In this document: one piece after another, positions 29,917-39,951 of the stretch
Layout: each line of letters opens with the position of its first letter
Position numbering within the stretch: position 1 is the stretch's first letter
Assembly: GCA_963798915.1 (NCBI GenBank)
Contig: CAWCVB010000003.1
Coordinates: 96,001 to 160,000 of the forward strand
Direction: 5' to 3'
Length of the DNA stretch: 64,000 nt
From: an uncultured Gemmatimonadales bacterium
GTDB taxonomy: Bacteria; Gemmatimonadota; Gemmatimonadetes; Gemmatimonadales; GWC2-71-9
Translations under genes and position numbers: made by a program
Notes under the pieces: model-generated
Seen by the model: the letters and a program-made list of their open reading frames with translations, nothing else
The model's database searches: none
Told to the model about the DNA's origin: nothing

Positions 29917-30978
29917 TCAGAACGCCATCACAGCCTCGTCAGGACACCGATCCGGATGGAGCTGGTAGGATGTGACCGTCGTGGTGAGGCCACCCGCATC
30001 GGTGACGTACCGGTCGAGCAGGTAGAGCGTATCATGCCCGAAGGCAGGAACCGGAAGGACGTCGCCCGAGGCCGGCAGCGGAAGATCGACGCAGGCCTGG
30101 TGGGTCGCACGATTGAGAAGGGTGAGGTAGCTGCGCGGATTCACGATGGTCCGTGTCGACATGTCGAAATCCTGATCCCCATGCACGAGCGCCACCCACC
30201 CCTTGCCGACATCGGCGGCGCCAAACATTCCGGAAGCCGCCGAGAACATGGCCGGGAAATCCTGCGCCTGTCGCAGCCGCTCGGCCAAGTCCAGTGGTGT
30301 CCCCCGCCGCACGCGCGCCGGTACCGTGAATGAATCCACCACTCTGCCGCCGGTGTGAAGCACACGCGCCCAGGCGTAGCCATCGAGCAGCAGGAGCACC
30401 GAATCAGCCCAGGCCACGGCACGGCCGCTGGAGAAGACCCCGGTGAGCGAACTACCCTCGGTGAAGTCCGCCGGCACAGGCGCCATTGGCGTGAACGTAT
30501 TGCCATGCCGGTCCCAGCGGAGCAGCGATGTCGCACGGCTGACATTGACTCCGGGAATCCATCCGGTGTCGCCTTCCATGACCAGACTCTGCGGTGCTGA
30601 AGGTACGGTGATCGCGGTATCCGGCCTGCCGTTCAGGAACAGCGTAATGCGCTGCGCCATCATGTCGGCGACAGCGATCGTATCGCCAGGAAGCTGGACA
30701 ATGTCTACCGGGGCTTCAAACTCGCCAGGTCCTCGCCCGTGTCGTCCCACGGTTGCCAGGAACCGGCCATCGGGGTCGAAATGCACTATCCGATCACTCC
30801 CATTGTCCGCGACGTACCACGAACCATCGCGGGCGTGCAGCAGCCGGATAACCCGTTCGATCGCCGCCGAATCGGGCTCGGCCAGGATCACGGCGGCGAC
30901 GCTGTCGAGCGGGTTACCTGGCGCCCCCGCATGCTCCACCCCGTCCGGCGTGCCGCATGCCACGAGTGCACCGAGCAT
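29917..30978 (-). CDS. Lipoprotein with 6-bladed beta-propeller/NHL-like domain
   Basis: LVAC lipobox; YVAD, GRHGRGPGEF..P. Confidence 0.75.
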   Translation of the reverse strand: MLGALVACGTPDGVEHAGAPGNPLDSVAAVILAEPDSAAIERVIRLLHARDGSWYVADNGSDRIVHFDPDGRFLATVGRHGRGPGEFEAPVDIVQLPGDTIAVADMMAQRITLFLNGRPDTAITVPSAPQSLVMEGDTGWIPGVNVSRATSLLRWDRHGNTFTPMAPVPADFTEGSSLTGVFSSGRAVAWADSVLLLLDGYAWARVLHTGGRVVDSFTVPARVRRGTPLDLAERLRQAQDFPAMFSAASGMFGAADVGKGWVALVHGDQDFDMSTRTIVNPRSYLTLLNRATHQACVDLPLPASGDVLPVPAFGHDTLYLLDRYVTDAGGLTTTVTSYQLHPDRCPDEAVMAF

Positions 30979-31094
30979 CAGCGTGAATGCAGTATTCCGT
31001 ACCGGACCCCGTTGATGCGATGCCGGTCGTCTCAGCCGGTTGCCATACTCTACCCCATGCCCTCTTGCCTTTCTCTCGCGCCGAGCCGAGCGTT

Positions 31095-31664
31095 ATGGGT
31101 ATGCCAGAGACTGCGGGACAGGAAACGCGGGACGCGAGACGCTGGAGCCGGAAGGCGGTGCTGGCCTTGCCGGATGACGGCAATCGCTACGAACTCATTG
31201 ATGGCGAGCTGGTCGTGACGCCCGCGCCACGCGGTGCGCACCAGGTGATGGTGCGGGAACTCTTTCGCCTGCTGGACGGGTGCGCCCGTGCCATCGGCGG
31301 CGTGGAGGTCCTGTGGTCGCCCGCCGACATTTCCCTGGGCGAGGACGAAATCCTCCAGCCGGATCTGTTCGTCTATCGTACGGCCGCTGGCAAGCCGCTC
31401 CGGGAGTGGCACGATATCGAAGCGCTGCTCCTGGTGGTCGAAGTACTCTCTCCCGCCACCGCCCGCTACGACCGCCAGCTCAAGCGGCGGCGTTACCAGC
31501 GCGCAAAGGTGCCCGAATACTGGATTGTGGATCTCGATGCCCGGCTCATCGAGCGCTGGCGGCCGGATGATGATCGCCCGGAAGTGCTGGCGGACCGAAT
31601 TACCTGGATGCTCGAGCCCGGCGGCTCGCCATGCGACATCAATATCGCGGAGTTGTTCGCATAG
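31095..31664 (+). CDS. Uma2/DUF820 family protein (copy 4)
   Basis: Closest to copy 1 (SPADISLGEDEILQPDLF shared). Confidence 0.88.
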   Translation: MGMPETAGQETRDARRWSRKAVLALPDDGNRYELIDGELVVTPAPRGAHQVMVRELFRLLDGCARAIGGVEVLWSPADISLGEDEILQPDLFVYRTAAGKPLREWHDIEALLLVVEVLSPATARYDRQLKRRRYQRAKVPEYWIVDLDARLIERWRPDDDRPEVLADRITWMLEPGGSPCDINIAELFA

Positions 31665-31665
31665 C

Positions 31666-32853
31666 TTATTCAATCAGCCCCAACGCCGCCTCCTCGATCC
31701 GATGCAGCCGGTCGGCCGATGCCGCCGGGTCGGCGCTGTTATCGGTATTCAGGACGGCAATGACCGCACGACCGGTGGCCGGATTGAGAAAGAGCAGCGA
31801 ACGAAATCCCGCCTGATAGCCAGTGTGCCCCACGATCGTGCTGCCGTCGCGGTGATAGACGAAGAACCCCATTCCCATCCAGTTGTCCCGGCCAGCATTG
31901 TACTCATCGCCCGAGATACGGAACGTCGGTTGCCACATCGCGCGGAGCGCTGAGGCGGGGAGCAGCTTGCGTGACCACGCCGTGTCACCCTTCGCGATGG
32001 CCGAGAGCACCCCGATATATGTGGCGAGATCATGAAGCGGCGCATTCCAGCCACTGTTGGGCACCGTAATGCCGGGATCGAACTCGCGCGGGTTGGCGAC
32101 CGCCGAGTCCCGGCCCGAGGCGCTGTCGTGCTGGACGGTGTAGTTGCCGGAGCGGCGATCCGCCAGGTGCCAGGGCGAATGCCGGAAGAAACTCTCGGTG
32201 AGACCCAGCGGCTGGAAGATGTTCTTGTGCACATACGCTTCCCAGGGATCGCCGGTGACGCGTTCAATCACCTTGGCGAGGAAGACATAGCCGGGGTTCG
32301 AATAGCCGTAACGGGAGCCTGGCCGGAACCGCAGCGACATGTAGGGCATCATGCCAGCCAGCTGCGACCACTCCGTGGGCTCGAACGGCTCCCAGTTTTC
32401 GTAACGGCGCCATGGGAAGGTGGGATTCTGGAACCCGCTGGCGTGCGAGAGCAGCATCCGGATGGTGACGCTGTCCATCGCGCCGAAGGGATCGTGCACC
32501 TGTCGCAGCTCCGGCACGTACGTGACGATCGGGTCATCCAGCCCGATCAGATGCTGACCGACGAGCTGCATGATGGCAATCGCGGTGAGCGTCTTGGTGA
32601 TGGAGCCATAGTGGAAGACGACGCCCGGTTCCACCCGCAGCCCCGATTCGCGATCCGCCAGGCCCTGATCATCCCGCGCGGTGATCTTCCCATTCTCCAC
32701 CAGCACGGCGCTCCACCCCACAACGCCATCCGCACGGGCAAGCGAGTCAAGCTCGGTGGTGAAGCCCTGCCAGCGGCCGGCATCGCCCTGCTTCTGCGCT
32801 CGAAGAGTGCTGGCTGACGTCAGCAGGAGAAAAGCAGCGGCGAGACAGCGCAT
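31666..32853 (-). CDS. Serine hydrolase, beta-lactamase class C-like family
   Basis: SITK, LLSHASG, YSN, GHTG. Confidence 0.85.
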   Translation of the reverse strand: MRCLAAAFLLLTSASTLRAQKQGDAGRWQGFTTELDSLARADGVVGWSAVLVENGKITARDDQGLADRESGLRVEPGVVFHYGSITKTLTAIAIMQLVGQHLIGLDDPIVTYVPELRQVHDPFGAMDSVTIRMLLSHASGFQNPTFPWRRYENWEPFEPTEWSQLAGMMPYMSLRFRPGSRYGYSNPGYVFLAKVIERVTGDPWEAYVHKNIFQPLGLTESFFRHSPWHLADRRSGNYTVQHDSASGRDSAVANPREFDPGITVPNSGWNAPLHDLATYIGVLSAIAKGDTAWSRKLLPASALRAMWQPTFRISGDEYNAGRDNWMGMGFFVYHRDGSTIVGHTGYQAGFRSLLFLNPATGRAVIAVLNTDNSADPAASADRLHRIEEAALGLIE

Positions 32854-32946
32854 GTGAACTCCGGATGGAAGGTCGTGGCTAGACGGCTAGACGGCTAGAC
32901 GGCTAGACGGCTAGGCGGCGAGGCGGCTGCCGAAACTCGCCCATGC

Positions 32947-33115
32947 GTCATTGCGAGCATCCCGATGGGATGCGAAGCAATCGGGTCGCCCGGTCGCGAT
33001 CGTCGGCGGAGCTGGTCCGGCATGGGCCTGAGGATCACCGAAAGGCTGCAAGATTGCTTCGTCGGCGCCTGCGGGCGACGCAAGCGTCGCCCCTACGGCG
33101 CCTCCTCGCAATGAC
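32947..33115. repeat. REP/MITE-like element with terminal inverted repeats
   Basis: GTCATTGCGAG...CTCGCAATGAC, inner GAAGCAATC/GATTGCTTC pair, nested GGGCGACGC-AA-GCGTCGCCC-CTAC. Confidence 0.8.
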
Positions 33116-33194
33116 AGCGCGTGGCTGGCTTCCGTTGACGGTTGACCGTCGACCGTCGACCGTCGACCGTCGACTCACCCTCAGCCCTCAGCTT

Positions 33195-34370
33195 TCAGCC
33201 TTCAGCCCCTACACCCAGCCACACCCCCGTTGCCAGCACCAGCGCGGCCGCCGAAGCGCCAAATGCTACCGCATTCCCTGCCCGCTGCATCAGCAACCCG
33301 AAGACCAGCGCCGCAGGCAGCGCCGCGACTCCGACCACGGCGTGATACGCGCCGAAGCCCCGACCCAGGCTGTTGGGTGAGAGGCGCGCGACCAGCGCCC
33401 GTTCGGCCGGCTCCGAAAAGCCGGCGACCAGCCCGAAACCCAGCATGACGGCAATCGCCAGCAGCTCGCTGAGATTGAACGCAAATCCGCTCATGACCAG
33501 CGCCGCGAGTACGCCGCCCACAGCCACGCTCCAGCGCCCACCGACCCGGTCGGTGAAGGCCCCGCCGGGGTAGCTGGCCGCCGTGCGGATCACGTGCAGC
33601 CCGGCCCACGCCAGCGGGACCACTGCCACCGGCACGCCGGCCTCCTGGATCCGCAGGAGGAGCAGCGCTTCCGGCATCCGCGCCAGTACCATGAAGGCCA
33701 GCGCCAGCACCGGGACCCAGAAGACCCGCCCGGTCGCCTCCGACCGTTCGGCGCGGGGCGCGTCCTGCCTGTGTACGCCGCGCAAGACGATCGCCAGCAC
33801 CCCAAACGCCACCAGACCTGGCATCAGGCTGAGCTCAATGACACGGTGGACATCGGTGCCGCGCGAAAGCAGCGCCCAGGCGGCGAGCGACCCGAGCACG
33901 GCACCGAAGTGGTCGGCCGCGCGGTGGAATCCGAATGCCCGTCCCCTGGCCGCCGGCTGGGTCAGGTCGGCGATGAGGGCATCCCGCGGCGGGGTGCGGA
34001 GCCCCTTCCCTACCCGGTCCACGACCCGGAATCCGACGACCTGCCAGGCGGCGCTGGCGACCGCGATGAGGGGCCGGATCAGCACGGCGCTGAGGTAGCC
34101 AGCCAGGATCAGCGGCTTGCGCCAGCCGGGGCGGTCCGAGAGCCGGCCGCTCACCCACTTGAGGGCCGCCGAGGTGAGGTCCGCCGCCCCATCCAGGGCG
34201 CCCAGGGCCACCGCCCCCCCGCCCAGACTGAGGACAAAGGCCGGGAGGACCGGGTAAACCATCTCGCTGGCAAAATCGTTAAATAATGAAACAAGTCCCA
34301 GACCGCGAACTTGCGGTGGCACGACCGACTCATCCCGCCCATCTCGGCCGTCGCGGCTATTTTCCGCCAT
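33195..34370 (-). CDS. MFS transporter (start uncertain)
   Basis: SLFNDFASEM, DRVGKGLRTPPRDALIAD. Confidence 0.85.
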   Translation of the reverse strand: MAENSRDGRDGRDESVVPPQVRGLGLVSLFNDFASEMVYPVLPAFVLSLGGGAVALGALDGAADLTSAALKWVSGRLSDRPGWRKPLILAGYLSAVLIRPLIAVASAAWQVVGFRVVDRVGKGLRTPPRDALIADLTQPAARGRAFGFHRAADHFGAVLGSLAAWALLSRGTDVHRVIELSLMPGLVAFGVLAIVLRGVHRQDAPRAERSEATGRVFWVPVLALAFMVLARMPEALLLLRIQEAGVPVAVVPLAWAGLHVIRTAASYPGGAFTDRVGGRWSVAVGGVLAALVMSGFAFNLSELLAIAVMLGFGLVAGFSEPAERALVARLSPNSLGRGFGAYHAVVGVAALPAALVFGLLMQRAGNAVAFGASAAALVLATGVWLGVGAEG

Positions 34371-35395
34371 GGATCAGACCCAGTTGACGTTCCAGGAAAC
34401 CAACCTCTGGGACACCCCGATCAGGGACCTCGGCCTCACCATCGAGGGGACCAGGCTCGAGCCGATCGTCGCCGATTTCCTGCGCGAACTGGATGCGCGC
34501 GGCATCCGGCTCCGCCCTCGATTCTATCTCTCGTCCGAATGGGGCGTACCCTTCGAGACGATCTCGATCGCCATACCCTTCTACCTCGCCGACCCCGAGC
34601 TCATGAAGCTGCATCGCGAGCGGGTCGGTGTCATCGAGGGGCTCGACCGGGAGGACGTGCTCCGGTATCTCCGGCACGAGATGGGACACGTCATGAACTA
34701 CGCCTACCGGCTGTACGACACCGAGGACTGGGTCAAGCTGTTCGGCTCGATCAGCCAGCCGTATGAGGATGATTACACCCCGCAGCCGTTCAGCCGGCGC
34801 CATGTGCGGCACTTGCCGGGCTGGTACGCCCAGAAGCATCCGGACGAAGACTGGTCCGAGACCTTTGCCGTGTGGATGACGCCAGGGCTCGACTGGCACG
34901 CGGACTATGCCGCCTGGCCCGTGGCGCTCGCCAAGCTCAAGTATTGTGACCGTGTCATTGCGCGGGTGCGCGATACCGCGCCGGTCGTGACCGATGACGC
35001 CCTCGATGAGGACGTGGGCGAAATCGGCTACACGCTGGAGGACTTCTACGACGACGCGGAAGACTTGCGCGATGAGCTGCCGCCCGGCATTGACGGCGCG
35101 CTCCGGGCCATCTTTCGCGATTTCACCCGGCGCGAGGCCGATCCGCTGCGGCCCCTCATGCCGGCGGCGACACTGCTGCGCCGTCTCGAGCGCGACCTGA
35201 TGGGCAGCATCTTCCGCTGGACCGGCCACTTTCCGGAGCGGACCAGGCCTCCTGGTGCGTCACCTGGCCGAGCGCGCCACCACGCTCGGCCTCGGGTACG
35301 ATGCCGCCCGTGAGGATCAGGCGCGCGTGGCGGTGACGACCTTTGTCACGGCACTTGCCATGAACTTCATCCACCGGGGCGCCTACTTGCCGTAA
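34369..35395 (+). CDS. Putative zinc-binding metallopeptidase; frameshift near 35250
   Basis: RHEMGH, YAQKHPDEDWSETFAVW; second frame continues LVRHLAER...GAYLP*. Confidence 0.75.
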
Positions 35396-36363
35396 CGCTC
35401 CATCGCCGCGTCCACGATCTTCCCGATCATCTGGTCATAGCTCAGCCCCGCCGCGCCCGCGGCCATCGCGAACTCGGCGGTCTCCTCGAGGTAGCAGCTG
35501 GCGTTGACCTCCAGCACGTAGATCTCGCCAGTGCCGGTCAGCCGGAGGTCCACCCGGCCGTAATCCCGGACCCGGAGCGCGCGGTAGGCATCAATGGACA
35601 CCTTGATCAGCTTGGCGCGCAGTTCATCCGGCAATTCGGCGATCACGCTGCGGGTGCCCTTGTACTCCCGGCTGCGAATGTTCCACTTGGCGCGGCTGTC
35701 GAGGATCTTGGGCTGGTCTTCGGGAAAGCCGGTGAAGTCCACCTCCACCGGCGGCATCGCCACCGGCTTGCTGTTTCCCAGGATGCCGACGTAGAACTCC
35801 CGGCCGTCAATGTATTCCTCGGCCAGCGCGGAGTCGTTGAGGTCGCGGTGAATGGCGGCGACCCGCTTCATGAGGGCGCCCGTGTCATGCACCAGCGAGT
35901 TGGCGGCGATGCCGATCGAGGCGTCGGCCCGGAGCGGCTTGACGAACAGCGGCATCCGGAGGTTGCCGCCGGTTTCGAACCCCTCCGATTGCGAGAAGAC
36001 TGCAAAACGGGGATAGAGAATGCCGTCGTAGTCCAGCAGCTTCTTGCTCAGCCCCTTGTCCTGGCTCAGGTAGAGGTCGCCTGGCCCGCCGCCGGTGTAG
36101 CGGACGCCCTGGGTCTCCAGCAGCGCCGCCACCAGCATGTCGCCCATCACGCTGTCGGCAAACATCTCCGCCATGTTGAAGACAAGTTCCGGTTTGCGGC
36201 GCGAGAGGCCCTTGATGAATTCCGGGACATCGCTGAACAGGGGGAGCACCGAGACGCTGTGTCCCAGCTTGCGCAGCGCACGCACCACCTGCGCCACCAC
36301 GACGTCGAGATCCTCCTGCGTGGGGCGGACCGTCTCGACCGAGGTGAGCACGGTGATCTTCAT
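35383..36363 (-). CDS. D-Ala-D-Ala ligase-like ATP-grasp enzyme
   Basis: FVKP...DASIGI, EEYIDGREF, YGRVDLRL, LEVNA. Confidence 0.82.
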   Translation of the reverse strand: MKITVLTSVETVRPTQEDLDVVVAQVVRALRKLGHSVSVLPLFSDVPEFIKGLSRRKPELVFNMAEMFADSVMGDMLVAALLETQGVRYTGGGPGDLYLSQDKGLSKKLLDYDGILYPRFAVFSQSEGFETGGNLRMPLFVKPLRADASIGIAANSLVHDTGALMKRVAAIHRDLNDSALAEEYIDGREFYVGILGNSKPVAMPPVEVDFTGFPEDQPKILDSRAKWNIRSREYKGTRSVIAELPDELRAKLIKVSIDAYRALRVRDYGRVDLRLTGTGEIYVLEVNASCYLEETAEFAMAAGAAGLSYDQMIGKIVDAAMERYGK

Positions 36364-37946
36364 TCGTCGAACCCCATGCCCCAGCGCGCGAGTGCGATGG
36401 GGAGGCCTCCGTAGCCGAAAATCGCGCGATGAAAGTCGGCCAGCGGCGCCGACTGGCCCACCCGCGCCCGCCACGCCTCGCGCAGCCCCAGGAGTTCGCG
36501 CCGGCCCACAGCATAGGAGAGCTGATAGGTCGGCATGGCGCAGTAGCGGCGTACCTCGGCCTCCGCATTGCGCCGCTCCATCGGCAGCGCATCGGTCAGG
36601 CGGTTTACCGCATCGGTCGGCGTCATGTCTCGCGTGTGCAGCCCCACATCGAGGACGATCCGCACGGCCCGCCACAGCAGATCGGTGAGATGGAACAGTT
36701 CGGATTCCGGGTCGCTGTGGTAGCCAGCCTCGAACATCAGCGTCTCGGCGTACAGCGCCCACCCTTCCACATTCACGGGCGTGCGCACGTGCCGGCGTAC
36801 TTCCGATTTCAGCGACTGGGCGGCCGTGACCTGGACATGGTGCCCGGGAAAGGCCTCGTGCACCACGATGGAGGGAATCTCGTGAATGCACTGCATCCCG
36901 TCTGCGGGGCTCTCCGGCTGGGTCACGAAGAACAGGCCTGGTCCGCCGAGCTCGACCGGCGGCGGCTGATAGGCAGCGAATGGCACCACCGATTCAAGGA
37001 AGGCCGGTGTGGGGACGAGATCGAGCGGGACCGGCGTCTCCGGAACGAGTGCCTGCTCCAGCATGAAGTGCCGAGCCCGGTCCACCTCCTGCCGGTAGGT
37101 TGCCAGGACATCGGTGACGGTGCTCTCCGCCCGCAACCGGGCGACCGCCGCTCGCCAATCCTCGGTGCCGTCCAGTTTCCGGGCCACCGCCTTCAGCCGC
37201 GCTTCCGTCTCCTCAATAAGGTGCATGCCGTAGCGCCAGAGCTCGGGTGCACCGCCGCGAATGGCGTGCTGGTGGTGAAGGCGCCGTTCAAACTGGTCCT
37301 CGCCCACCGCGTACGCACGCGGGTCATCAGAAGGTAGAATCCCGCTCCCCATGGCACGCCCAAACGCGGTCAGCGCCTCCAGCGCCTCGCGTCCAGCTTC
37401 CTCGAGCTGGCCGGCAAGCGCCGGCGTTGCGGCGGCCAGCGCCGCGACGGCGCGGGCGATCAGCTCGCCACCGCCGCCGAGCGAGGCCAGCGCAGCGTCT
37501 ACGAAGATGAGGGGCGGCTGGTCCAGGGTCGCGTGGGCCTGGGCGAGAAACGCGGGAGCAGCCTTGAGGCGCTCGAGCGCCGCAGGGGCGCGCGTCGCAA
37601 GCGGCCCCTGTCGGACCAGCAGCGTGAAGAGGCCTTCGAAGAGATGAGTCAGCCAGAATCCGGGATTCCGAATATGAGGCCGCTCGTGTTCGAACCGGAA
37701 CACGAGCGTGCGGAGGTCGCTGAGCAGCGCCGTGCGATCGATCTCATCATCGAGTCCGGGCGGTTCCAGTTCCTCGATGGCGCCTTCCAGGGAGCGGAAG
37801 GCAGCGAGATGGGCCCGCATCGATTCGGGATCAAAGCTTCCGAGCCGGCTGTCGAACGAAGCGACGCCATCGCCGCTGGCATCAGCGGGATCAAAATGCC
37901 ATTTCAGGTCCAGGTAGGACCGGCACAGTTCGTTGACTGTGCTCAT
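36360..37946 (-). CDS. DUF885 family protein
   Basis: HEAFPGHH, EGWALYAE, LWRAVRIVLDVGLH, EVRRY..P...SY. Confidence 0.88.
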   Translation of the reverse strand: MSTVNELCRSYLDLKWHFDPADASGDGVASFDSRLGSFDPESMRAHLAAFRSLEGAIEELEPPGLDDEIDRTALLSDLRTLVFRFEHERPHIRNPGFWLTHLFEGLFTLLVRQGPLATRAPAALERLKAAPAFLAQAHATLDQPPLIFVDAALASLGGGGELIARAVAALAAATPALAGQLEEAGREALEALTAFGRAMGSGILPSDDPRAYAVGEDQFERRLHHQHAIRGGAPELWRYGMHLIEETEARLKAVARKLDGTEDWRAAVARLRAESTVTDVLATYRQEVDRARHFMLEQALVPETPVPLDLVPTPAFLESVVPFAAYQPPPVELGGPGLFFVTQPESPADGMQCIHEIPSIVVHEAFPGHHVQVTAAQSLKSEVRRHVRTPVNVEGWALYAETLMFEAGYHSDPESELFHLTDLLWRAVRIVLDVGLHTRDMTPTDAVNRLTDALPMERRNAEAEVRRYCAMPTYQLSYAVGRRELLGLREAWRARVGQSAPLADFHRAIFGYGGLPIALARWGMGFDE

Positions 37947-37948
37947 GT

Positions 37949-38926
37949 CTAGCGGGCCCGGACTTCCGAGTGATCGCCGACCGAGAGTGAACCGGTGAGA
38001 CCCTCCACCGTGACGTGGCCGCCGAGCAGGGAATGATCGAGGCGGACACCAGAGAGCGCACAGCCCTCGCCCGTGATGACGTGGCTCAGATGGCTGCCGG
38101 TGACGCGGGAACCCGCCTCGATGGTCACGTTGGGCCCGATGGTGCTCGCCTCGATCTGCACGTCATCCTCGATGAGCACGGGATCGTGAATGGTGACACC
38201 CGGATAGTCGCGATGCCGGGCCCGACCTTTTCGCAGCAGAATTTCGTTGGTTTCGAGCAGCGTGTCGAGCTTGCCGCAATCGTACCACCCGCCAACTTCG
38301 GCCGTCAGGATGCGGCGTCCCTGCTCAATCATGTACTGGAAGGCGTCCGTCAGGTAGTACTCGCCCTTGTTGGCCGGCGACTCGAGCACGTGGTCCACGC
38401 CGGCCCAGAGCGCCGCCACATCACGGATGTAGTAGAGGCCGATGTTGGCCAGGCGCGAAATCGGCTCGGAGGGCTTTTCCACGATTCGGGTCATGAAGCC
38501 CTTGTCGTCCGTCACCACGACGCCGAAGCGCTGGTAGTCCTCGACTTCCTTGGCCCAGATGATCCCGTCGGCATCCGCCCGGTTGATGATGGTGAGATCC
38601 GCCTCAAAGACGGTATCCACGAAGACAATGAGAATCGGGCCGTGGACATGGGGCCTCGCCAGGTTGACGGCACCGGCCGTGCCGTCCTGCACCGTCTGCT
38701 CGATGAACCGCGAGGGCCAGCGATAGCGGCTCCGGGCATACTGCTCGACCTGCTCCTTCAGATGCCCCGTGATGAAGATCAGCTCCTCGACGTCGAGCCC
38801 GTCGAGCCGGTCCATCACCCAGTCCATGACTGGCCGTCCCGCGACCCGCAGCATCGGCTTGGGCACGAGATGGGTGTGCGGCCGGAGCCGGGTGCCCTTG
38901 CCCGCCAGGGGAATGACGACCTGCAT
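37949..38926 (-). CDS. Sugar-phosphate nucleotidyltransferase
   Basis: AGKGTRLRPHT..PKP, VEKP, C-terminal hexapeptide repeats. Confidence 0.88.
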   Translation of the reverse strand: MQVVIPLAGKGTRLRPHTHLVPKPMLRVAGRPVMDWVMDRLDGLDVEELIFITGHLKEQVEQYARSRYRWPSRFIEQTVQDGTAGAVNLARPHVHGPILIVFVDTVFEADLTIINRADADGIIWAKEVEDYQRFGVVVTDDKGFMTRIVEKPSEPISRLANIGLYYIRDVAALWAGVDHVLESPANKGEYYLTDAFQYMIEQGRRILTAEVGGWYDCGKLDTLLETNEILLRKGRARHRDYPGVTIHDPVLIEDDVQIEASTIGPNVTIEAGSRVTGSHLSHVITGEGCALSGVRLDHSLLGGHVTVEGLTGSLSVGDHSEVRAR

Positions 38927-38931
38927 CTCGT

Positions 38932-39282
38932 TCAGCTCCTTCCGTAGCGGTCTTCCAGACGGACCAGGTCATCCAGCTCGGGGGTGGACGCCTCAAGGAC
39001 GTCGCTGTCCACAACCGCCTCGATCTGGTGGACCAGCGTCGGCGGAATATGCACGCTTTCACCGGCGCGAAACGGGCGGGCGACGAGGGCATCACCCTCC
39101 ATGGTGCGGAGGATGAGTTCGCCGGAGAGCACGTGCATCGTTTCATCTTTCCTGTTGTGGTACTGCAGCGACAGGACGTGACCCGCCTTCACGTGCAAGA
39201 GCTTCCCCACATAGCTCCCAGCCAGGGCCCAGATCAATTCGTAGCCCCAGGGCTTCTCCACCCGGTACGGCACCTCAGGCAT
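38932..39282 (-). CDS. Cupin, mannose-6-phosphate isomerase-like
   Basis: KPWGYE, LSLQYH..KDET, DDLVRLEDRYGR. Confidence 0.85.
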   Translation of the reverse strand: MPEVPYRVEKPWGYELIWALAGSYVGKLLHVKAGHVLSLQYHNRKDETMHVLSGELILRTMEGDALVARPFRAGESVHIPPTLVHQIEAVVDSDVLEASTPELDDLVRLEDRYGRS

Positions 39283-39848
39283 CAGCCCTCCGCCAGCGTG
39301 AGTTCAAAGGACGACGGCGTGCTGACGCACGCCCGCACGCAAACGCCGCACCCGACGCATCCCTCCTGGTGCAGGCTGGGATGCCCCTGCGCATCGATCA
39401 CCAGTGCGGCCTCGCCCACGGGGCAGGCATCGGCGCACACCCGGCATTCCGTGCCCTGGAAGGTGATGCATCGGTCGGGCCGGAACGAGAGTTCCGCCAG
39501 CCGGTATCCCTGCCACCCATGCTCCGGCAGCGTGAGTGCGCCGGTAGGACACGCGGCGGCGCAGGGCATGTCGGTGCAGACCACGCACGGCTGCACCATC
39601 GCATCAATGTAAGGGGTCCCGGTCGCCAACCCTCCGCCGGCCTTCACCGAACGAATGGCATGTGGCGGGCAGACGTCGGTGCAGGCGCCGCAGCGGGTGC
39701 AGGCCGCGAGGAAGCCGATCTCCGGCAAGGCGCCTGGCGGACGCAGATAGTGGGCGGCAACCACCCGTTCCTGGGTCTGCTCGATGATACTGCCCAGCCA
39801 CTTCTCGATGGCCGACCGGAAGAGTCCCCGGCGTTCGGAGTTGATCAT
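39282..39848 (-). CDS. 4Fe-4S ferredoxin, NapG/MauM-like
   Basis: LRPPGA plus four Cys clusters. Confidence 0.85.
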   Translation of the reverse strand: MINSERRGLFRSAIEKWLGSIIEQTQERVVAAHYLRPPGALPEIGFLAACTRCGACTDVCPPHAIRSVKAGGGLATGTPYIDAMVQPCVVCTDMPCAAACPTGALTLPEHGWQGYRLAELSFRPDRCITFQGTECRVCADACPVGEAALVIDAQGHPSLHQEGCVGCGVCVRACVSTPSSFELTLAEG

Positions 39849-39951
39849 GGGATCATGGGTCGCGGGTCACAGGTCGCGAGTCACGGGTCATTGCGAGGCC
39901 AGCCGATCGCTTCGTCGAGCCGCCGAGCCGCCGAGCCGCCGAGCCGCCGAG

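Noticed and set aside
31666..32853. AmpC resistance gene
   Set aside because: SxxK/YxN/HTG pattern fits the broad serine hydrolase family; no specific AmpC evidence
39282..39848. Periplasmic nitrate reductase cluster
   Set aside because: Only a lone NapG/MauM-like ferredoxin; no napA, napB or napH nearby
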